Source: Deltaproteobacteria bacterium
Lineage (GTDB): Bacteria > Myxococcota_A > UBA9160 > SMWR01
Length of the DNA: 64,000 nt
Assembly (NCBI GenBank): GCA_032128375.1
Contig: JAQBGU010000034.1
Coordinates: 1-64,000 of the forward strand
Direction: 5' to 3'
Position numbers and translations under genes: made by a program. Position 1 is the first letter of the stretch. Every line of letters begins with the position of its first letter. The notes under the pieces were generated by a model. That model had not been told where the DNA came from. It saw only the letters and a list, made by a program, of their open reading frames with translations, and ran no database searches. Shown piece by piece: positions 1-8,703 of this stretch.

Positions 1-136
1 GGGCTGATCGCCGCAGAAGATCTGTGGGCTGATCGCCGCAGAAGATCTGTGGGCTGATCGCCGCAGAAGATCTGTGGGCTGATCGCCGCAGAAGATCTGT
101 GGGCTGATCGCCGCAGAAGATCTGTGGGCTGATCGC
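1..136. repeat. 25-bp perfect tandem repeat (GGGCTGATCGCCGCAGAAGATCTGT), 5 full copies plus a partial copy; may continue left of the window
   Basis: Read directly: identical units start at 1, 26, 51, 76 and 101, with a partial unit at 126; no spacers. Confidence 0.97.
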
Positions 137-146
137 CCACAGATCT
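118..146. other. Perfect 12-bp inverted repeat (AGATCTGTGGGC-TGATC-GCCCACAGATCT) ending the tandem array
   Basis: Arms at 118-129 and 135-146 are exact reverse complements; no U-tract, so terminator function is unproven. Confidence 0.8.
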
Positions 147-208
147 GGAAGGTGGTCGGGGGGTGTGGTATCCATCCGCGCTCTGAAGGGTCGGCAATCG
201 GCCTGCTA

Positions 209-302
209 TTTCCTCAGCTCTGCGACATCGGAAGTACCCAGACTTTCGATCAAATGATCGCGGAGCTCGTGGCTCGGTGAAGCCGGGCTCGTCCGCGAGG
301 AG
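209..302 (+). promoter_or_regulatory. S6:S18 autogenous ribosomal leader element upstream of rpsF
   Basis: TTCCTC (210-215) can pair with the SD GAGGAG (297-302); AGCTC (216-220) pairs with GGGCT (285-289); unpaired CCG (293-295) just before the SD, the known S6:S18 binding-motif layout. Confidence 0.7.
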
Positions 303-307
303 GATCC

Positions 308-853
308 ATGCGGGAATACGAAACAACACTCATCATCCAACCGGAGATCTCCGACGAAGGTGTCGTCGAGATCGAGGCGCGCTTGGACCGGTTCCTTGAG
401 TCGTCCGGATCCATTCGGCTCACGTATGAGGATCTCGGCAAGCGCCGGATGGCGTACGAAATCCAGAACTTCCAGAAGGGCCGCTACGTGATGCTCCAGT
501 TCCTGGATGGAGGCTCTGCGATCACCGGACTCGAGCGGACGATTCGCCTCGACGACTCGATCATCCGCTTCTTGACGGTCCAGGTCAGCGACGACGTCCC
601 GGACGTTGCAGCGCGCGTAACATCGGCCGCAGAGGAAGAGCGAATTCGAGCTGAGAAGGCCGCGGCGCGCGCTGCACGCGAAGCCGAGGATGCGGTACGG
701 CAAGAAGCCGAGGCAGCCGAGGCCGCTCGAGCGGCGGAGTTGCGGGCTGAAGCCGATGAATCCGCCGACTCTGCGGCGGGAGCCGAGCCCATTGCTGACG
801 GCACTGATTTAGACGAGCCGGACGAAGCAATCGGAGAAGCAGATGAAAGCTGA
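308..853 (+). CDS. rpsF: 30S ribosomal protein S6 with long Ala/Glu-rich C-terminal extension
   Basis: MREYETTLIIQP...GKRRMAYEI...IIRFLTV; strong SD; first gene of rpsF-rpsR-rplI. Confidence 0.96.
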   Translation: MREYETTLIIQPEISDEGVVEIEARLDRFLESSGSIRLTYEDLGKRRMAYEIQNFQKGRYVMLQFLDGGSAITGLERTIRLDDSIIRFLTVQVSDDVPDVAARVTSAAEEERIRAEKAAARAAREAEDAVRQEAEAAEAARAAELRAEADESADSAAGAEPIADGTDLDEPDEAIGEADES

Positions 854-916
854 ATTCGCTGTGGACACCGAGCAGGCTGTAGAACATGAAGGCGACTTGA
901 GCCGGGAGATTTCGCG

Positions 917-1276
917 ATGAGTGCACCGTCAGGTCCGGGTGGAGGAGGGGGTTATCACAGGCGCGACCGCGACGACCGGGATCGTCCGGAGCCCACGGTC
1001 AAGAGTCGGCTGCGAGCACGCGCCCGCAAGAAGGCGCGAAAGCAGAAAAAGGACGGAGGTTTCCTTCGCCGCAAGGTCTGCCGGTTCTGCGCTGACCCCA
1101 CGTTGGAACTCGACTACAAGGATGCGAAATTGCTTCGCCTATTCACAACCGAGGTCGGGAAGATGATTCCGCGGCGAATTTCGGGAAACTGCGCAAAGCA
1201 TCAGCGACCGCTCGCGCTCGCAATCAAACGCGCCCGACATATCGCGATCCTGCCGTACACGGGTCAGGGTCTCTAA
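917..1276 (+). CDS. rpsR: 30S ribosomal protein S18 (Zn-binding C+ type) with basic N-terminal extension
   Basis: RRKVCRFC...DYKD...[30 protein letters not shown]. Confidence 0.96.
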   Translation: MSAPSGPGGGGGYHRRDRDDRDRPEPTVKSRLRARARKKARKQKKDGGFLRRKVCRFCADPTLELDYKDAKLLRLFTTEVGKMIPRRISGNCAKHQRPLALAIKRARHIAILPYTGQGL

Positions 1277-1291
1277 CGGTACGAACGAGCG

Positions 1292-1348
1292 GTACTCAAA
1301 CGTACTCAAACGCACTACAGGGCTACTACTGCGGTACTACTGCGGTAC
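1292..1348. repeat. Intergenic micro-duplications (GTACTCAAAC x2; TACTACTGCGG x2)
   Basis: Read directly between rpsR and rplI. Confidence 0.8.
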
Positions 1349-1365
1349 CGCGAGGAGAAACGGCC

Positions 1366-1824
1366 ATGCGGCAGGTCAAACTGATTCTCACCGAGTCCGT
1401 GATCGGGCTCGGCGATGCGGGCGCGATGGTCGCCGTGAAGGTCGGCTATGCGCGCAACTACCTGCTACCGCAGGGCAAGGCCTTGCTGGCGACCGAGTCC
1501 AGGGTTCACGAGTTCGAACACAAGCGGCGGGTGATTGCCGACAAGGCCGCTCGCGAACTGAAGGACCTGCAGGCGCTACGAGATCGGCTGCAGGCGTTGA
1601 AGCTCCAGATTACGGCACGGGTCGGAGAGGAGGGCAAGCTCTTCGGTTCGGTGACTGCCGCGAACGTCGCAGAGCTCCTGGCCGAGAAGGGCTACAAAAT
1701 CGATCGGCGCAAGATCCTGCTCGGGGAGTCGCTCAAGGAAGTCGGGCAACATCCAATCCAGATACGCCTGGGGCACGATCTGATTGCCGAAGTCCCGCTG
1801 TCGATCACTGCCGAAAAAGCCTGA
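1366..1824 (+). CDS. rplI: 50S ribosomal protein L9
   Basis: VKVGYARNYLLPQGKA and GKLFGSVT motifs; SD GAGGAG. Confidence 0.97.
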   Translation: MRQVKLILTESVIGLGDAGAMVAVKVGYARNYLLPQGKALLATESRVHEFEHKRRVIADKAARELKDLQALRDRLQALKLQITARVGEEGKLFGSVTAANVAELLAEKGYKIDRRKILLGESLKEVGQHPIQIRLGHDLIAEVPLSITAEKA

Positions 1825-1916
1825 ACGACGCCCTTGGGAGCGCACTGTTCCACGCGCTCCGGCGTGTGAACTTTCCACCTGGCGCTGGTGTAGAATAAAC
1901 GCCGGAGGGGGGCGCT

Positions 1917-3422
1917 GTGGCGGACGACGCCGATTTCGGGAGGAGCGGCCGCGCGCGTCGTGGCCAACGCGAAAAACCGGGGGCTGGCGGGACTGGCGCG
2001 GGGTACGGCGGTCGCTTGCCGCCCAACGATCTAGAGGCCGAAAAGGCGGTGTTGTCGGCGCTGATGATCGACAACAACGCGATCCACTCGGTCTACACCG
2101 AGGTGGTCCCGGACGACTTCTATCACCCGGCACATCGACAGATCTACCAGTCGATGATTCTGCTTCAAGATTCCAACCAGCCCGTTGATCTGCACACCCT
2201 TGCCGACTTCCTGAACTCCCAAAAGACCCTCGACGCCATTGGTGGCCCGATCTTTCTCGCGGAGATCGCCGATTACGAAGCCACCTCGGCCAACGTCGTC
2301 CACCACGCTCGGATCGTTCGCGACAAGGCCGTCAAACGAAGCCTGATCTCGGTAGCGACCGAGATCGTCGAGGCGAGCTACGAGCAGGTGGAATCCGCCG
2401 AACATCTGCTCGATTTCGCGGAATCGAAGGTGTTCGACATTGCGCAACAGAAGGCGCGGACGACCTTCCGAAGCCTGCACGATGAGATGGACGATGCGCT
2501 CGACTATGTCGAGATGTTGATCTCGCGCGGAGGGCAACTCACGGGTGCACCGACGGGTTTCAAAGACTTCGACGAGATGACCGGCGGACTTCAGCCCGGA
2601 GAACTCGTCATCGTCGCGGCGCGTCCGAGCATGGGCAAGACCGCGTTCGCATTGAATATCGCGCGCAACGCAGCAATCGATCACCGCAAGAAGGTGGCGA
2701 TTTTTTCGCTGGAAATGACCAAACGCGCACTCGCGCTGAGGTTGCTCGCTTCTGAGGCGAGCGTGGACTTTTCTGGCTTCCGGAAGGGCTACGGTCGCCC
2801 AGACGATCTCGGAAAATTGACTCGCGCGGGTGGCAAGCTCGCGGAAGCGCATATCTGGATCGACGACAGTGGCATGATTACGATCCTGGAAATCAAGGCG
2901 AAGTGCCGCAGGCTCGCATCAGAACGAGGTCTCGACCTCGTGATCGTCGATTATCTTCAGTTGGCACACGGCGATGGCCACAGCCAACGCAAGGATCTCG
3001 AGATCGCCGAAATCAGCCACGGCCTGAAGGCGCTGGCAAAGGAGCTGGATATCCCGGTCTTGGCGCTGTCGCAGCTCAACCGCGGCCCTGAACAGCGCGA
3101 CCCAGACAAGCGGCGTCCCAACATGGGAGACCTGCGCGAGTCCGGTGCGATCGAGCAGGACGCCGACGTGATCGGCTTCATCTACCGCGACGAGGTTTAC
3201 ACCCCAACCGAGGAAAACGCCGGTATCGCGGAGTTGATCATCGCCAAGCAGCGAAACGGACCGACCGGGACCATCAAGATGCAATTCAGCGCGCGCTACG
3301 CACAGTTCCACAACCTGATCGGGCAAGAGCACGAATCACATTCACCGGGCTCGGCCCGTCTCACGCCTGTGGGCAACGACTCTGGTTTCGGCCCTGGCTA
3401 CGGCGACGACGATATCTTCTAG
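1917..3422 (+). CDS. dnaB: Replicative DNA helicase
   Basis: LPPNDLEAEKAVL N-terminal domain; Walker A AARPSMGKT; IVDYLQL; LSQLNR; DLRESGAIEQDAD; IIAKQRNGPTG. Confidence 0.97.
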   Translation: MADDADFGRSGRARRGQREKPGAGGTGAGYGGRLPPNDLEAEKAVLSALMIDNNAIHSVYTEVVPDDFYHPAHRQIYQSMILLQDSNQPVDLHTLADFLNSQKTLDAIGGPIFLAEIADYEATSANVVHHARIVRDKAVKRSLISVATEIVEASYEQVESAEHLLDFAESKVFDIAQQKARTTFRSLHDEMDDALDYVEMLISRGGQLTGAPTGFKDFDEMTGGLQPGELVIVAARPSMGKTAFALNIARNAAIDHRKKVAIFSLEMTKRALALRLLASEASVDFSGFRKGYGRPDDLGKLTRAGGKLAEAHIWIDDSGMITILEIKAKCRRLASERGLDLVIVDYLQLAHGDGHSQRKDLEIAEISHGLKALAKELDIPVLALSQLNRGPEQRDPDKRRPNMGDLRESGAIEQDADVIGFIYRDEVYTPTEENAGIAELIIAKQRNGPTGTIKMQFSARYAQFHNLIGQEHESHSPGSARLTPVGNDSGFGPGYGDDDIF

Positions 3423-4336
3423 TGCCTCGCTTGATCAAGCCGTACGCACTGGTACCCGGTGCCGTGATCGGGATTGCAGCGCCCGGCTTTGCGGTCGATC
3501 GCGAGAAGCTCGAAGTCGGAGAGGCGGCGATCCACCAGGCGGGCTTCGAGACCTATCGTCGCGACGACATCTTTGACCGTGAGGGTTATTTCGCTGGAAC
3601 GGATGACCGTCGCGTCGCGGAGTTGATGCAGTTGGTCGCCGACCCCCGGATAGATGCGATCATTTGTGCCCGCGGCGGCTACGGATGCGACCGGATCCTG
3701 CCCGCGCTCGATGCCCAAGCGGTGCGCTCCGCCGCCAAGCCTCTTGTTGGCTTTTCCGACATCACGGCGCTGCTGTTGTGGCAACGCCGCCGTGCCGGTC
3801 TGATCGGATTCCACGGTCCGATGCTCGAACAAAACGTGGATCCGCTCGCATGGGCGCACCTCTTTTCCATGCTGACCGGTCGGGTACAGATTCCGGTCGC
3901 GATGAGTGGACAGGGGATCTGCCGTGGACGCGCGACGGGTCGGATCGTCGGCGGATCACTGACGATTCTGGCGGCCAGCATCGGCTCGTCGTGGGAAGTT
4001 CAGACCCGGGATTCGATCTTGCTGATCGAGGATGTAGGAGAGCGACCGTACCGGATCGACCGGATGCTCGGACAGCTGCGTGCGGCTGGAAAATTCGATC
4101 GATTGGCAGGTGTCGGTGTCGGTGCGTTCGAAGAGTGTCTGGACGCGAAGTACCCCGATGCGTCCGTCGGTGCGGTCATCGATGATTGTTTCCGGCCCCT
4201 GGGCGTTCCGGTGGTAACCGGCCTGGCGTTCGGCCACCTCGACTCGAACTTTGCATGGCCGATGGGAGCTCGCGCTACCATCGACGCGGAAAAAGGAGAA
4301 CTTCAGTTGCTGGAGCAGGGGGTCCATAGATCGTGA
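3422..4336 (+). CDS. ldcA: LD-carboxypeptidase (peptidase S66)
   Basis: ARGGYG, VGFSDIT (catalytic Ser), IEDVGE, FGH motifs. Confidence 0.9.
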   Translation: MPRLIKPYALVPGAVIGIAAPGFAVDREKLEVGEAAIHQAGFETYRRDDIFDREGYFAGTDDRRVAELMQLVADPRIDAIICARGGYGCDRILPALDAQAVRSAAKPLVGFSDITALLLWQRRRAGLIGFHGPMLEQNVDPLAWAHLFSMLTGRVQIPVAMSGQGICRGRATGRIVGGSLTILAASIGSSWEVQTRDSILLIEDVGERPYRIDRMLGQLRAAGKFDRLAGVGVGAFEECLDAKYPDASVGAVIDDCFRPLGVPVVTGLAFGHLDSNFAWPMGARATIDAEKGELQLLEQGVHRS

Positions 4337-5490
4337 AGTGGAGTGCCATTCGACGCAAGCTCGAAAAGGTTGACCGTGTGATCGACAAGGCGATCGCGAG
4401 CGCGGACATACCGGGCGCAGTGGTTGGCGCGAGCATGCCGAAAGACGGTGAGATGCTTGAATACTTCAGCGAACGCGGTCTCGCGATCGCTCGTCCCGAA
4501 CGGATTCCGATGTCCCGAACGACGGTTTTCGATCTGGCATCACTGACCAAGCCCATGGCTACGACGACGGCGATCTTGTTGTTGGTCGACGAAGGCGCAA
4601 TCGGCCTCGATGACCCGGTCGCGAAGTACCTGCCGAGTTTTTCGGAGCGCAACAAGGACTCCGTGACCGTACGCCACCTGCTGACGCATTCCGCAGGTCT
4701 CAAACCCTGGCGCGCCTACCACGAGTCGCTTTTGGAAAGGGAACGCAAGACCGGCGAAGCCATCATCGGGACCGCCGAGGCGCGAGACCTCATCGTCGAT
4801 CGCACGCTGCGATCTGCCCTCGTACACGAGCCCGGCGCAGCGGCGGTGTATGGGGACCTCGACTTCATCGTGCTCGGGGCCGTTATCGAAGCGGTCTCGC
4901 GCGCGTCGTTGGATGATTTCTGTCGCGAGCGAATCTTCGCGCCGCTTGGCATGCACAACACGTTCTTCGTCCCGCTATCGCCCGGGAGCCCGACGTTGCC
5001 AGAGCCGACCAAGCGGAAGATCGCCGCTACAGAAAACTGCCCCTGGCGCGGTCGAATTCTGTGGGGTGAGGTGCACGATCCGAACGCATCGGTCATGGGC
5101 GGTGTCGCAGGCCACGCCGGACTTTTCTCGACCGTCGACGATGTGATGAAATTTTCGCGGACCGTGATTGATGTATGGCACGGGCGAAGTGACGCGCTGC
5201 CGCGCGAAACACTCCGCACCTTCCTGACCCGCCAAAACCTCCCGAAGTCTTCTGACTGGGCACTGGGATGGGACACCCCGACAGCGGGCGCATCCAGCTC
5301 GGGAAGGCATTTCTCGTCCGAATCGGTCGGCCATCTCGGCTTCACGGGCACATCGATGTGGATCGATCTCGCGCGTGAGGCGGTCGTGGTGCTATTGACC
5401 AACCGGGTGCACCTGGTGGCCAAGAAGAGCCACTTTGGGCTGAGACCCATCGTCCACGACTTGATTCTCGAAGCATTCGAAGCGGGTTGA
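4333..5490 (+). CDS. Beta-lactamase-family serine hydrolase (probable muropeptide amidase/esterase)
   Basis: FDLASLTK (SxxK), LLTHSAG, YGD, GEVHDPNA, GHAGLFS, GHLGFTGT; lies between ldcA and mpl. Confidence 0.88.
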   Translation: MKWSAIRRKLEKVDRVIDKAIASADIPGAVVGASMPKDGEMLEYFSERGLAIARPERIPMSRTTVFDLASLTKPMATTTAILLLVDEGAIGLDDPVAKYLPSFSERNKDSVTVRHLLTHSAGLKPWRAYHESLLERERKTGEAIIGTAEARDLIVDRTLRSALVHEPGAAAVYGDLDFIVLGAVIEAVSRASLDDFCRERIFAPLGMHNTFFVPLSPGSPTLPEPTKRKIAATENCPWRGRILWGEVHDPNASVMGGVAGHAGLFSTVDDVMKFSRTVIDVWHGRSDALPRETLRTFLTRQNLPKSSDWALGWDTPTAGASSSGRHFSSESVGHLGFTGTSMWIDLAREAVVVLLTNRVHLVAKKSHFGLRPIVHDLILEAFEAG

Positions 5491-6911
5491 CGGTGAGCGA
5501 TGCGCCCCGCAGCGTCCACTTCATCGCGGTTGGCGGCACCGGGATGGGATCGCTCGCGGGCTTGCTGAAGGCCAGAGGGATGTCGGTCACGGGCTCGGAT
5601 GCGAACGTCTATCCGCCGATGAGTACGCTGCTCGAGGGTTGGGGCATTCCGGTGATGGCCGGCTTTCGGGCCGAGCACATCGACCCGGCGGTTGACCTCA
5701 TCGTGATCGGCAACGCGGTCCGCCCGGACAACATCGAGGCGCGAGCGGCCATAGACGGGGGACATCGCTACCTGTCGTTTCCCGCAGCTCTCTACGAACT
5801 CGCCATCGCGCACAAACACTCCGTCGTGATCTCGGGAACCCACGGTAAGACGACGACGACGAGTCTGGTCGGGGCGCTGCTGCACGGCACCGGCGCCGAC
5901 CCGTCACTGCTGGTCGGGGGCCATTCGTTCGATTTTGACGGCAGCTTCCGCGAAGGCGAGGGGGAACATTTTGTCGTCGAGGGTGACGAGTACGACACGG
6001 CCTTCTTCGACAAGACGCCGAAGTTCCTGCACTACGCTGCGCGCACACTGCTGATTTCATCGGTTGAATTCGACCACGCCGATATCTATCGCGACCTGGA
6101 CCACGTCAAGGAGGCATTTCGCACACTGGTCGCCCGAATGCCGCCCGATGGAACGATCGTGGCCGCCGTAGATCACGATGCAGTGCGGGACGTCGTGAGC
6201 GCGGCGCCCTGTGCGGTGATTGGCTACGGATCGAGCGAGTCTGCGGACTGGCGAGCTCAATCGGTTCGAGCTGGACCGGAAGGCACAGACTTCGAGATCG
6301 CGATCTGCGGTGCCGACCCGCTACCAGCATTCGTTCCGATGTTTGGTGCGTTCAACATCGAGAACGCCTTGGGAGCACTCGCGCTCGTGTCGGCGCTCGA
6401 TGTGCCGCTTCGAGAGTCGGTTCGCGCGCTTTCGACGTTTCGTGGCGTCAAGCGGAGACAAGAAGTGCGCGGAATCGCCCGGGGCGTGACCGTCATCGAC
6501 GATTTCGCACACCACCCGACAGCGGTGCGGGGGGCGATCGCGGCAGCTCGCGATCGCTTTCCCGATTGCAGGGTCATTGCCGTATTCGAACCGCGCACCA
6601 ATACGAGCCGTCGTGCGGTCTTCCAGGCCGACTACGTCGACGCGCTGGAGGGAGCCGACCGCGTCTTCGTGCGGGAGCTCGCGGAAGATCCCATCTACAG
6701 TGCGACCGGACCGGTCACCGAGCGCTTTTCGGCAAATCGGCTCGTCTGCGATCTCGAAGCGCGCGGGGTTCCCGCTTTCTGCCGCTCGGGCATCGACGAG
6801 ATGGTGTCGCAGATTTCCGAGCAATCTCAGTCGGACGACGTCATATTGTGTATGAGCAATGGTTCGTTCGACGATATCTGGCAACGGCTGCTCAACGCGA
6901 TAGGCGGTTGA
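5487..6911 (+). CDS. mpl: UDP-MurNAc:L-Ala-gamma-D-Glu-mDAP ligase (murein peptide ligase)
   Basis: GGTGMGSLA, SGTHGKTTT, EGDEYDTAFFDK, EFDHADIY, DDFAHHPTA, FEPRTNT, MSNGSF. Confidence 0.92.
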   Translation: MTVSDAPRSVHFIAVGGTGMGSLAGLLKARGMSVTGSDANVYPPMSTLLEGWGIPVMAGFRAEHIDPAVDLIVIGNAVRPDNIEARAAIDGGHRYLSFPAALYELAIAHKHSVVISGTHGKTTTTSLVGALLHGTGADPSLLVGGHSFDFDGSFREGEGEHFVVEGDEYDTAFFDKTPKFLHYAARTLLISSVEFDHADIYRDLDHVKEAFRTLVARMPPDGTIVAAVDHDAVRDVVSAAPCAVIGYGSSESADWRAQSVRAGPEGTDFEIAICGADPLPAFVPMFGAFNIENALGALALVSALDVPLRESVRALSTFRGVKRRQEVRGIARGVTVIDDFAHHPTAVRGAIAAARDRFPDCRVIAVFEPRTNTSRRAVFQADYVDALEGADRVFVRELAEDPIYSATGPVTERFSANRLVCDLEARGVPAFCRSGIDEMVSQISEQSQSDDVILCMSNGSFDDIWQRLLNAIGG

Positions 6912-6978
6912 TATCGGAGGCCCGCTATGGCGTGCGACGGTTTCGAAACAGGACGATCAGCATACCTGCGCCGCTCGT

Positions 6979-7794
6979 TCAACGCGTTGTGGTCTGGATG
7001 GAGTACGACAAGAAGCGCGCCCGCTTGCCTCGTGCCTCGGCGTTACGCAATGCGTCGGCCACGAAAAATCTGCCGCGGTTCACTGCATCGACGAGGGGCA
7101 CCCCCATCGCGAGGTGCGCTGTGATCGCGGAACTCAGCGCGCAGCCAGTCCCGTGGGCTGGGCCGCCAGCGATGCGCTCAGCGTCGAGCCAAGACAGCGA
7201 CAGCGTGCCGCCTTCGCGTACTGCGAGGAGGTCGCGCGGCGGGCCATCGCGGTGGCCGCCCTTGACCAGTGCCGCTTTGGCGCCGAAGTCGGAGATGAAG
7301 GTGCACGCGGCTGCCTGCGTGCCCTCCTCGGTCGACGTGTCACATTCCGCTAGTGCAGCGGCCTCATCGAGGTTCGGGGTGACGAGTGCGGCCCCGCTCA
7401 TCAGATTCTGCAGCGCACCCCAGGCGCGCCGTTCGAGTAGTAGCGTACCGTCGCTGGCGGCGAGCACCGGGTCGATGACGATCGGCACCCGCGCGGCGGG
7501 CGGGGCCCACAGCTGTCCGAGCCCAAGCGTGACATTGCGCACGACATCATCGGAGGCCAGTGCACCGATCTTGATCGCGTCGGGTGTGAAGTCCTTGAGC
7601 AGCACGCGTAGCTGGTCGAGTACGACCGACGGAAATGCTGGCAGCACGGAATGGACGCGCTCGGTGTCCTGAACGGTCAGCGCGGTGATCACCGCTGCGC
7701 CGTGGACACCGTGGGCCCGAAAAACCTGGAGATCGGCTTGGATGCCCGCTCCACCTGTCGGGTCCGACGCTGCAATACTGAGTGCGACCTTCAT
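6979..7794 (-). CDS. thiD: Hydroxymethylpyrimidine/phosphomethylpyrimidine kinase
   Basis: SDPTGGAGIQADL, AIKIG, IDPVL, TPNLDEA, VKGGH, HGTGCALSSA. Confidence 0.93.
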   Translation of the reverse strand: MKVALSIAASDPTGGAGIQADLQVFRAHGVHGAAVITALTVQDTERVHSVLPAFPSVVLDQLRVLLKDFTPDAIKIGALASDDVVRNVTLGLGQLWAPPAARVPIVIDPVLAASDGTLLLERRAWGALQNLMSGAALVTPNLDEAAALAECDTSTEEGTQAAACTFISDFGAKAALVKGGHRDGPPRDLLAVREGGTLSLSWLDAERIAGGPAHGTGCALSSAITAHLAMGVPLVDAVNRGRFFVADALRNAEARGKRARFLSYSIQTTTR

Positions 7795-7878
7795 GCTTGC
7801 GGATGGTAAGGTGGGCGGCCGGATCGTGCACTGGGAGTGTGAACGTTATCGGCACATCAGAACGATCGATAGGGAAAT

Positions 7879-8634
7879 ATGACGAATCGAAGCCGGATCC
7901 TCTCACCAATCATCGTATGCGCGCTGATCATCTGTGGGGCCACCGCGTCTGTCGCTCAAACCCAATCGGGTACGCTTCCGAAGGCCACGAAAGAGGCCGC
8001 GAACTCGGACCCGGTACCCGATTCAGCGCATTCGTGGTATGCGCAGGCCATCTCGCAGGGTCGGGCTGGTCTCAACGTGACGAATTTCTGGTCGCTTGGT
8101 TCGCGACTTCGCGCCGAGACCGTCGTGGGCGGGCACAAGATCATCACGATTGTCAGCGGTGGCCATTATTATGCGTTCGACATGGTCGCAATGAACGGCG
8201 TCGCGATCGAGCGCGCCCAATCGGCCATCGATGGCGACGCTCCAGACCGGCGTCCTTTTGGCAATGAAGTCGAGACGATGCTGGCCCAGGGCGCCGAGAA
8301 GGTCCGGGAAGAAGTCGTGTTGGGAACGCTGTGCAACGTATACCAGGTTACCGATGGTGTCGGTCGACGCGTGTTGTGGGCAAGCAGGGGAGAATTGGAA
8401 CTCCCGGTCCGTGTCGAAATCTACAACCGGAAAACCGGCGAGAAGAAGCACACCGATTTCATGGACTGGTCGAGCGGGATCCCGATCAAGCAGGCGTTCT
8501 TCGATCCGGACCCCAATGTAGCGTTCGAGAAATACACGCTAAGCGAGTACGTTACGCATACCCAGAAGATCGGACCCGTCGGATCCGTTCCCGTCCTCTA
8601 CGCTGATCTGCTTCACGGCCGACGCCAGAAATAG
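7879..8634 (+). CDS. Exported hypothetical protein, possibly LolA/DUF4412-like beta fold
   Basis: Signal peptide (..ALIICGATASVA-Q); EKVREEVVLGTLCNVY and LPVRVE segments resemble LolA-like proteins. Confidence 0.6.
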   Translation: MTNRSRILSPIIVCALIICGATASVAQTQSGTLPKATKEAANSDPVPDSAHSWYAQAISQGRAGLNVTNFWSLGSRLRAETVVGGHKIITIVSGGHYYAFDMVAMNGVAIERAQSAIDGDAPDRRPFGNEVETMLAQGAEKVREEVVLGTLCNVYQVTDGVGRRVLWASRGELELPVRVEIYNRKTGEKKHTDFMDWSSGIPIKQAFFDPDPNVAFEKYTLSEYVTHTQKIGPVGSVPVLYADLLHGRRQK

Positions 8635-8703
8635 CGTCTTGCAGGGCAGCTCGAGAAGCTCTCATGAACCCCGGAGCGGGGCATGTGAAGGGCCCTGGCC
8701 AGC

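Noticed and set aside
1..136. CRISPR array
   Set aside because: Units are head-to-tail with no unique spacers, and there are no cas genes in the window.
1840..1885. DnaA boxes / oriC upstream of dnaB (TGTTCCACG, TTTCCACC)
   Set aside because: Multiple mismatches to TTATCCACA, no cluster of boxes, and no AT-rich unwinding element.
7795..7878. TPP riboswitch before thiD (or thiE)
   Set aside because: No CTGAGA/TGAT core seen; thiD looks leaderless and thiE is coupled to ntrC.
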